A stretch of 64,000 bases of DNA from Salpingoeca rosetta (Eukaryota > Protista > Choanoflagellata). This document shows positions 9,061 to 17,887 of this stretch, piece by piece (positions within the stretch are counted from its first letter, which is position 1; each line of letters begins with the position of its first letter). The stretch spans positions 214,966-278,965 of the forward strand of contig JAWQFM010000029.1 in NCBI GenBank assembly GCA_033442325.1. Direction: 5' to 3'. The notes below the pieces were generated by a model that did not search any database, was not told the origin of the DNA, and saw nothing but the letters and a program-made list of their open reading frames with translations. The position numbers and the translations under genes are program-made.

Positions 9061-12000
9061 CTAAGGAGCTGGCACCGGTGCAAGCTGGATGTCGTTCCGG
9101 TACAGCCACAGCAACAGAATGTTGCGGGCTGCGTTGGCGTCGCGGCCGGCGACATATCTGCAGCTGTCGTGGGGGCATGCGAACACATCGTCAGCGCCGA
9201 GGCTGTGGTGCAGCCGCCCGCAGCGGCCGCAGGTCTTCGACGTCCACGCCTCATCGCAGATCACAACCGTGCACCCAGGCTCCCTCTCCGCGCGGTCCAA
9301 CAACAGCTGCCTGAAGCGGTGGTGTGCCCAGACGCCCATGGAGCGAGCCGTGTCGCGGCCAAACGGGCGACCGGACCGGCGGATCATCCGGCTGGTGCCG
9401 AAGCGCGGCAGCAGCACGACGCGGAACGACATCACAAGATAATTGGCGACGACTCGATGAAGGTGGTCCACGCGGTTCCTCACCACGCGCAGCTGCTGCC
9501 GGTGCCGCCGTCGCGCGGCTGCCACGTCGCCTTCGCCCCGGGCTTCGCCCTCCTGCACCGCTACTTCCAGGAGGTCGGCATCAGCACGGATGTCATCGGC
9601 GTTCCTGAGAAGCATGCGCAGCTCCTCGATGGCGTCATGCGCGATGGACACGGTCCCAGACGCCGTCCACAGCGTGAATGGCACGCGGACGCCTGGGTCA
9701 ATGGACACAACACCGCCACGTCTCTCGCGCAGGAGAGCGTTGCGCTCCTTCATGCGCAGGAGTCGCCGCCGCTTTCGCAGCCGCCGCCGCCAGTCCAGGT
9801 GCGCCGCATGTCGCTCTCGTGCTGCCTGAAACTCTGCCTCTGCTTCCTGTGTCTGCTTGTCTATCGCCTTGGCCCGTCTCAGCCTCACCCACCGCCTGCG
9901 CGCCTCCCTCGCCTCCGCTTGCAACCGCCGTGCCACCTCGCCCATCTTCCGCTCCCTCACACGTGCCTTCTCCTCCAACGCCTGCATGGCCATGTCCCCG
10001 CCGCCATGTTCCTCGCACTTTGCACGTGCCTCTTCCTCCTCCTCCACCTCTTGCAGGCCGTCGTCGCACCCTGCCAGCACAGGTCTCTCAACCTGGAGCA
10101 AGCTTTGCCCGAGCGTTCCCACGTCATCAGGTGCTCCTCGGGTGAAGTTGGAGGCCACACATATGTGGTACCTCCCCGACGCATCCAATGTGAACCTTGC
10201 CTGACCGCGAAAGTCTTTCGCAGCGTGTAGCGGCTCTGCTACACGGAGCTTGTCCACGCACATCACCGCAACATGCCCCTCGTTGCTTGAGATTCACGGC
10301 ATCCACGGGGATGGTGTTGCGCGCTGCCTGCCTACTCATGTGGAACTTGAATGTGTCGTTCTCCTCCTGCCGCTGCTGTTGTGTCTTCAGGGCCGTGTGA
10401 AACTCCAGGATGCTCCCGGTCCATGAGGACACCGCCATGCCCTTCTTCGTCATTAACCATGTGCTCCTGTGGACGTCCGCTATCTTCCTGGCGTAAGCAT
10501 CGGTGAGGGTACAGTCGCGAATTTCCTGTACTTGTCGCTGCTCGAGGTCTGCCACCTCCCGCTGTTGGTGCTTCTCTAGCGCTTCCTGCTTGGCTGCGTG
10601 CTCCTCTGCGAGCGCCTCCTGCTTGGCTGCGTGCTCCTCTGCGAGCGCCTCCTGCTTGGCCGCGTGCTCCTCTGCGAGCGCCTCCTGCTTGGCCGCGTGC
10701 TCCTCTGCGAGCGCCTCCTGCTTGGCCGCGTGCTCCTCTGCGAGTGCCTCCTGCTTGGCCGCGTGCTCCTCTGCGAGTGCCTCCTGCTTGGCCGCGTGCT
10801 CCTCTGCGAGTGCCTCCTTCCGGCTCTTGGCAGCCCTTCTGCAGGCCTGAAACTCCTGTAGCTCATTCAGAAGCATTGTTTTCAGGGCCTGCAGCGCGTG
10901 CAGGAAGTGGCGGTGCTTCGTGTCAGCCACCACCTGCTTGTCCTTCAGGCTGCGCGCGGCCCTGTCATGCTCCACTGGATCGAGGAGGTCGTCCACCACC
11001 TCCTGTACCTCGTCTCGCTCGCGCACCGCTGCCTGTAACTCATCATTCAACTTGCGCAGCTGTAGCAACGACGCCCTGGCCTTTGCGAGGTCTGGCAGTG
11101 GTGGTAGTGGTGGCAGTGGTGGCAGTGGTGGTGAGCTTTGTGTCTGCCCCGACTGGGGTGCCTTTTGCTTCTGTGTCTGCTTCTGCTGCTGCTTCTGATG
11201 TTGTGGCTGTGGTTTGCTCTGTGACGTCTGGCGACAGCTGCGCTTGTCATGGCCCGATTGGCGACACACAGTGCACCTGCGCGGCTTGCTCTTTGCCTTC
11301 TTTGTCGCAGGGCCAGGGGCATCGTCACTTGGCGCGTCGTCGTCCTGGTGGTCGCCATCCAATTCGTCATCGCCAAGGTCACCGGCGCCATCGACCTGCG
11401 GCAGCTGCAAGGGCGGAAGCATCTTTGCTTTCTTCGACGGCTGCTGCTGGTGTTGTGTGCAGGCTGTGGTTGAGCCCGTTGGACTGGTATCCTGGCCGCA
11501 ATCGCCCGAGCACGCCTTGTCGTCCCCCTGGCTTTGCAACCGCAGCAGCAACAACACTGCGGGAGATACCGGTGAGGAGCCCGGTCTCTTGCTTTGCTTC
11601 TTGGGTGGTGGTGGTGGTTGCTTTGGCACTGCGTGTGCCTGTCGATGTGCTGACGCCACAGGCTGGTGCGTGCTTGGCTTCTTGGGTGGTGGTGGTGGTG
11701 GTGGTTGCTTTGGCACTGCGTGTGCCTGTCGATGTGCTGACGCCACAGGCTGGTGCGTGCTTGGCTTCTTGGGTGGTGGTGGTGGTGGTGGTTGCTTTGG
11801 CGCTGCGTGTGCCTGTCGATGTGCTGACGCCGCAGGCTGGTGCGTGCTTGGCTTCTTGGGTGGTGGCGGTGGTGGCTGCAGAAGTCGCTCAAACTCCTCT
11901 TTTAGTTGCTGCTGACGCTGTGCTGCCTCGTCCTGCTGCGTGTATGCCTGCTTCAGGTCCTCATCCGTTAGGGCAGCGAGCTGATTCAGGCGCATCAGCA

Positions 12001-12263
12001 CCCGTACGCCGTCCCGCCTCGCATAGGCTCCGTCATACGCTGCTCCTGCGTTGTGATCATCAACCGCTGCATTGTATGCTTCTGTTGCTGCTGCAAAGTA
12101 GGTGTTGAGCCATTGACGTTGAACCCTGGAAGGGTATATTCGCACCTTCCTTGATCGCTGGTGCGTGCTTGGCTTCTTTGGTGGTGGTGACTGTGGTGCT
12201 GCGTGTGACTGTGGATGCGCTGACGCCGCAGGCTGCTGATGTTGTTGTTGCTGCTGCTGCTGC

Positions 12264-12336
<73 letters not shown>

Positions 12337-13180
12337 CTTGTTGTTGTTCTTGTTGTTGTTCTTGTTGTTGTTCTTGTTGTTGTTCTTGTTGTTGTTCTTG
12401 TTGTTGTTCTTGTTGCTTCTGCTTCGCGGCCTGCTGCTTCGCCCGTTTCTCGGCCTTCTCCTTTGCCTTCTTCTCCTGACGCTTCTTGTGGGCGGCAATG
12501 ATTTTGTCTGACAGACAAGGCGCCGTCGTGTCGTGGCCATGGGGCACGACACTGACAAGCCCCCACTGGTGCTGCAGCTGCACGGGTGTCTCGGCCTTGG
12601 CCTGGGGGGTTGCTGGTGACGCGGGCTCTGGTATAACTGCAGCTGTATCCGCGTGCCAGAAGAACGAGCGGGCATCATCCCCGCCGTCCACACTTGCGGT
12701 ATCCTTCTTCTTCGTGTTCTTCTTCTTCTTTTTCGTGTCCTCCTTCTTCTTCTTTCTGCCCGTCACGTGCGTCTCCGCCCTCTGCTTCTTCTGCTCCTTC
12801 GTCTGCGCTCGGGTCTGAACCTGCTTGCCTGCCTCGCGCTCTTGCACGCGCTGGGGGACACGGGGGGACTCTTGGGCAAGCTGCATGCTTGTGTGGATCT
12901 GCTTGCTGATTCGCCTGAAGACCCGCTTGCCTGTCCGCCTGCTCGTGTTCTTCATCACCCTGACTCGCCCTGGGATGCAGTGTTGGTGTGGGTCGTTGTC
13001 CTGGTTCAGGGGCGGCCGTAGGGTGGTGAAGTTGTCCGGCATCGGCGCCAGCATCTGCTCCCGGCCGTCGAGGTGCACCGGTCCGCAGAAGAAGGCGACG
13101 GCACTGGCGATGAAGTCGCCGTCTGCCCGGATGTGCCGGTCGACAGCAGCTACCGCGGGCCAGAACCCCAGCCGGTTGGC
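9061..13180 (-). CDS. Fanzor2/TnpB-like RNA-guided RuvC nuclease, greatly expanded, with a 1-nt frameshift near 10290 (pseudogene or assembly error)
   Basis: N-terminal TnpB-type 'RSRKVRIYPSRVQRQWLNTYFAAATEAYNAAV' (~12150), RuvC-I 'VVSIDPGVR' (D at 9697-9699), 'VLLPRF..SRM' in place of the canonical Glu, rearranged Glu 'DEAWTSKTCGRCG' (9250-9252), Zn finger CxxC...CPHDSC, and RuvC-III 'RDANAARNIL'. Split across ORFs 10127-13078 and 9061-10266. Confidence 0.9.
10580..10820 (-). repeat. 33-bp coding tandem repeat (EALAEEHAAKQ, about 7 copies; coiled coil) inside the Fanzor ORF
   Basis: Direct inspection of DNA and translation. Confidence 0.9.
11595..11875 (-). repeat. ~90-bp coding tandem repeat (KKPSTHQP(V/A)ASAHRQAHA(V/A)PKQPPPPPP x3) inside the Fanzor ORF
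   Basis: Direct inspection; a related partial copy lies at ~12160-12240. Confidence 0.9.
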
Positions 13181-14432
13181 TGTGGCTGCGGCTGTGGCTG
13201 CGGTGGTTGTGGTGTCAGCTGTGTCAGCGTCGGTGGTGTCGGCTGTGGCTGTGGCGGTGGTGTCGGCGGTGGTGTCGGCGGTGGCAGCAGCGGTGGTGTC
13301 GGCTGTGGCTGTATCGGTGGTGGTGTCGGTGGTGGTGGTGGTGGTGGTGGTGGCTGTGGCTGTATCGGTGGTGGTGTCAGCTGCGCCCGCTTCCGTGCAA
13401 CACCTGCAGTTGTGCTTGTTGATGAGAATGCGACACTTGCTCTTTGTTGATACCCAGTGACCACACCATAAACATTGCTGATGTGACTATGTGTGTGGAT
13501 TGAGGCACAGTTTGCAAATCAGGTGCTGGGATATGAACTAACCGGCGCGTTTGAAGACGTCGCAGCCCGCCAAGATCGCCACGATGCCATCTGCCATGCA
13601 AAGCTTGTGACGCTTGCGAATGCAGACGCCACGAAGCCTCACGCGACCCGCCTTGCGCTGCAGTGTGTGGCGGAATACGATGATGCCATCCCCTGCGTCG
13701 TGCAGCAGCATGTCACTGTCTGACGAGGGGAACAGCGCGACGTGTATCTCCTGCACGTACGTGTGTGTGTGTGTGTGTGCATGAATGTGAGTGGCGTGAG
13801 GGTGTGTCAACATGCTTTTCATCTGTGTGTGCATGTGCGGCGTGTGTGGGTGCTGCGTTGGTGCGAGTGCAGCCTCGCTGAAGCTTGTTTGTGCACGTCT
13901 CACCTTGCGACGGAGCATTGCTGCTAGCTGGTGGTCGGCCTCGCCCGGTGCGGTTGTGAACTCGGCGCTGGTCTTCTGCTCGATGGCGGCGCGCAGCTGT
14001 CTCACCAAGCAGCTTGGGGTTCCCGAGTCCCGCAGCTTGTACGCCGTCGGGGTCTCGTCGACGATGATGACGCGCCGGAACATCTTGGTGAGAGTCTGGA
14101 CGTGTCGCACGATTCGGCCGGTGATTCGGGCACAGCACGCCTGGCTCAGCTGGTTGCATGCTGGATTCTGCATATGCTGCCGTAGTGATGTCCTGTCACG
14201 CCTCCACAGAAACCTGTGGATGACGCCATGGAGCTCGACGCCGCANNNNNNNNNNNNNNNNNNNNNNNNNNNNNNNNNNNNNNNNNNNNNNNNNNNNNNN
14301 NNNNNNNNNNNNNNNNNNNNNNNNNNNNNNNNNNNNNNNNNNNNNGCGATCTTGCGTGCTTATCGTGGAGCGCCTGCTCGCCCAGTCCTTGCCCAGAATA
14401 CCGGCAACGCTGCCGTAGCCCGTCAAGCCCAT
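13150..14432 (-). CDS. XPG/FEN1/Exo1-family 5' nuclease domain, spliced; possibly the N-terminus of the Fanzor protein
   Basis: Start MGLTG (14432). After the N gap come GVELHGVIHRF, IIVDETPTAYK, TAPGEADHQLAAM, SSDSDMLL and the H3TH motif AILAGCDVFKRA|GVARKRA. GT-AG introns at 13903-13751 and 13542-13404 keep the frame. The literal frame stops at 13150. Confidence 0.75.
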
Positions 14433-14776
14433 GGCACGTGTCAGTCCCTAGTTGCTGGTCGATGGAGAAGGAGCCGACGGCCCTGAGTGTGCGTTTGTAT
14501 GCTTGGAGTTGCGTGTATGCGTTGAGCGTGTGTTGTCGGCGCAGTGTATGTGTGTAAATGGTGCACCTGTGTGCGTCTCTGTGTTTCAAACCCTCAGTTT
14601 AGATTGTGATGTGACAGGACCTTTGCATGGGTGTGGACAGTCAAATGGAATGCGCCTGACCTCCCCCGCTCATCATTTCGATACCCTGTACTTCTTGAAT
14701 GTCCCGTTTTCCTGTTTGTTGCTTGCAAGCAACGTCGTCATCCTGTGGGATTTGGCCTTGTTAAGCTTGACAGCTT

Positions 14777-16060
14777 TTATCAAGCTTGATTTGTGGGCTT
14801 CGGCCTTATCAAGCTTGATTTGTGGGCTTCGGCCTTATCAAGCTTGATTTGTGGGCTTAGGCCTTATCAAGCTTGATTTGTGTGCTTCGGCCTTATCAAG
14901 CTTGATTTGTGTGCTTAGGCCTTATCAAGCTTGGTTTGTGGGCTTCGGCCTTATCAAGCTTGATTTGTGTGCTTAGGCCTTATCAAGCTTGATTTGTGGG
15001 CTTAGGCCTTATCAAGCTTGATTTGTGGGCTTCGGCCTTATCAAGCTTGATTTGTGGGCTTCGGCCTTATCAAGCTTGATTTGTGGGCTTAGGCCTTATC
15101 AAGCTTGATTTGTGGGCTTCGGCCTTATCAAGCTTGATTTGTGTGCTTAGGCCTTATCAAGCTTGATTTGTGGGCTTCGGCCTTATCAAGCTTGATTTGT
15201 GTGCTTAGGCCTTATCAAGCTTGATTTGTGGGCTTAGGCCTTATCAAGCTTGATTTGTGGGCTTCGGCCTTATCAAGCTTGATTTGTGTGCTTAGGCCTT
15301 ATCAAGCTTGATTTGTGGGCTTCGGCCTTATCAAGCTTGGTTTGTGTGCTTCGGCCTTATCAAGCTTGATTTGTGGGCTTAGGCCTTATCAAGCTTGATT
15401 TGTGGGCTTCGGCCTTATCAAGCTNNNNNNNNNNNNNNNNNNNNNNNNNNNNNNNNNNNNNNNNNNNNNNNNNNNNNNNNNNNNNNNNNNNNNNNNNNNN
15501 NNNNNNNNNNNNNNNNNNNNNNNNNNNNNNNNNNNNNNNNNNNNNNNNNNNNNNNNNNNNNNNNNNNNNNNNNNNNNNNNNNNNNNNNNNNNNNNNNNNN
15601 NNNNNNNNNNNNNNNNNNNNNNNNNNNNNNNNNNNNNNNNNNNNNNNNNNNNNNNNNNNNNNNNNNNNNNNNNNNNNNNNNNNTGGGCTTCGGCCTTATC
15701 CAGCTTGATTTGTGGGCTTCGGCCTTATCAAGCTGATTCGTGGGCTTCGGCCTTATCAAGCTTGAATTTGTGGGCTTCGGCCTTATCAAGCTTGATTTGT
15801 GGCTTAGCCCTTATCAAGCTTGATTTGTGGGCTTCGGCCTTATCAAGCTTGAATTGTGGGCTTCGGCCTTATCACGCTTGATTTGTGGCTTTCGCCTTAT
15901 CAAGCTTGATTTGTGTGCTTAGGCCTTATCAAGCTTGATTTGTGGGCTTCGGCCTTATCAAGCTTGGTTTGTGGGCTTCGGCCTTATCAAGCTTGATTGG
16001 TGAGCTTCGGCCTTATCAAGCTTGATTTGTGGGCTTCGGCCTTATCAAGCTTGATTTGTG
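14777..16060. repeat. 29-bp tandem array (GCTTGATTTGTGGGCTTCGGCCTTATCAA)n, interrupted by N gap 15425-15683
   Basis: About 22 units before and 13 after the gap. Junction palindrome ATCAAGCTTGAT and internal GGC-TTCG-GCC hairpin. No unique spacers. Confidence 0.97.
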
Positions 16061-16600
16061 CGCGTACACTTACACACACATACACACGTACACACACATA
16101 CTTACACACACATACTTACACACACACAACACACACACACGCACACGCACATACTTACACACACATAACACACACACCGCCCCCCCCCATACACACACAC
16201 GTGCTTGCGCGTCAAAGGTTTGCCAGCAACCTCCATCGAACCAGGCTTCTCCTGCACCCGGAGGTCAAGTTTCGTCGCTCCTTCTCGTACGTGTGCGTGC
16301 GTGTGCCTGCTTGTTCGGCTGCGTGCGTGTTAGGCGTGTGCCCCACTGCGCACCTGCATTTGGGTGTGGCTGTTGGCCGCGCGGCCCATTCCGCCTCCTA
16401 CTGGGGTGTGGATGCCGTTATGTGATGAGGGGTTGGATACACGAACACAACAAGAACAAGTGCAACTGGTGCAAGTGCAATGGGTGTCGTGTGTCGGATG
16501 CGATGTGACATGTTTGTATTTTGGCACTACGCCAGCTGTTCTACCGGTTGTGACGATGTGCTTTGACGGCACCGTGTAGTTCCCCCGCATCTCTTCATAG

Positions 16601-17449
16601 CCGACTGCACTCTTGCCCACGGCATGTCTGTTTACCACCAGGCTCGCGCCCGGCGATACCTTGTGGTTTGACGGCACCCAGTATCATCGCGGACCCGCGG
16701 CAAACGACACGGGACGCCTGCTGCTGTTCGTGGATGTACGTTGCGCTTGGTGTGGCGGTGGTGCTGCGTTGTACCCGCGATGTGACCCGTGTCCTGTCTC
16801 GCACCATTTGCATGTACGCACATGTGCACACATGCACGCAGACACACACACGCACACACCTTCAAACACGCATCCTTACACACCCTCGCACACAACACAC
16901 AACACGCACACATGCACCTTCAAACACACATACAACACAACACACACCCTCCCATGCTTACACACATACAACACAACACACACCCTCCCATGCTTACACA
17001 CATACAACACAACACACACCCTCCCATGCTTACACACATACAACACAACACACACCCTCCCATGCTTACACACATACAACACAACACACACCCTCCCATG
17101 CTTACACACATACAACACAACACACACCCTCACACACAACACACACACACACCCTCACACACAACACACACACACACCTGCCATTGCATCTCAGGTGCGG
17201 AGGCGTGTTTTTCAGACCGCCCCGCAGATATTCCACGCGTGCAGGCCACTGTATAAGCTCGGCCTGTATGCGCGCAATCCCGTAGTACAGCTGACGCTTA
17301 TGCTACTGGCCTGCACGGGCAGAGAGGACGTAATAGATCACCTGTCACAGGACCCCACGAAAGTGTCTGAGCTGCACGCACTCGCCCGCGCTGCCCAGGC
17401 ACGCACCACCATGGGGTCGTTTTGTGTGCCTCGATTTGTTTGCCACTAA
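16601..17449 (+). CDS. 2OG-Fe(II)/PhyH-like dioxygenase C-terminal part (5' exons unclear)
   Basis: Exon 16601-16735 'LAPGDTLWFDGTQYHRGPAANDTGRLLLFVD' fits the distal His/Arg motif and splices in frame to 17195-17449. No HxD motif found. Confidence 0.4.
   Translation, partial: PTALLPTACLFTTRLAPGDTLWFDGTQYHRGPAANDTGRLLLFVDVRCAWCGGGAALYPRCDPCPVSHHLHVRTCAHMHADTHTHTPSNTHPYTPSHTTHNTHTCTFKHTYNTTHTLPCLHTYNTTHTLPCLHTYNTTHTLPCLHTYNTTHTLPCLHTYNTTHTLPCLHTYNTTHTLTHNTHTHPHTQHTHTPAIASQVRRRVFQTAPQIFHACRPLYKLGLYARNPVVQLTLMLLACTGREDVIDHLSQDPTKVSELHALARAAQARTTMGSFCVPRFVCH
16928..17132. repeat. 36-bp intronic minisatellite, about 5 copies
   Basis: ACACAACACACACCCTCCCATGCTTACACACATACA repeated. Confidence 0.9.
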
Positions 17450-17499
17450 TCCCCCCCCCAACACACACACACGCACGCTCACACCCCCGCCAACGCACT

Positions 17500-17802
17500 C
17501 GCTTGCCCTTTGTAAATTCAGGTTGATGGACTCGAAGGGCCTGTCAGCGAGGACGCCGTCATCAATGCCCTCAAGGAGCGTTGTGGAATTCACGTCCTCA
17601 GATGCCTCAGGGGCGTTGTGCCCAAGCACGTACTCAGGGTTGAGGAGGTTCGTGGTGGCGATGGCGAGGCAATGGGTGTCCGGCTTGTGCGTGACAGTGA
17701 GGTTCCCGTTCAGGAGCACGACGTGAGCGTCGATGACCCAGGTGGCCCGGACTTTTACCGCAGAGGTAAGCGACGCCACTCAGACGCCAGGCGTGGTGGC
17801 CA

Positions 17803-17887
<85 letters not shown>

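Larger units (their letters stand above)
8350..16060 (-). mobile_element. Putative Fanzor-carrying mobile element (boundaries uncertain; no transposase, TIRs or TSD identified)
   Basis: Fanzor plus XPG-like cassette between a tandem array and a structured RNA. Fanzors are generally transposon- or virus-associated. Confidence 0.4.

Noticed and set aside
9061-10266. Standalone 401-aa bacterial TnpB or contamination
   Set aside because: Its N-terminal domain lies upstream in another frame, and the locus has spliceosomal introns and host-type microsatellites.
8875-12108. Long + strand ORFs (451 aa and 454 aa)
   Set aside because: Antisense shadows of the GC-rich Fanzor coding sequence, with no motifs.
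14777-16060. CRISPR array
   Set aside because: The 29-bp palindromic repeats are head-to-tail with no unique spacers, there are no cas genes and the context is eukaryotic.
14777-16060. Telomeric repeat
   Set aside because: It is internal and flanked by unique DNA; TTAGG appears only as a variant, not as (TTAGGG)n.
8300-16100. TIRs, TSD, Helitron termini or an IS607 serine recombinase for the Fanzor element
   Set aside because: None could be found by eye, so the element class and boundaries remain unresolved.
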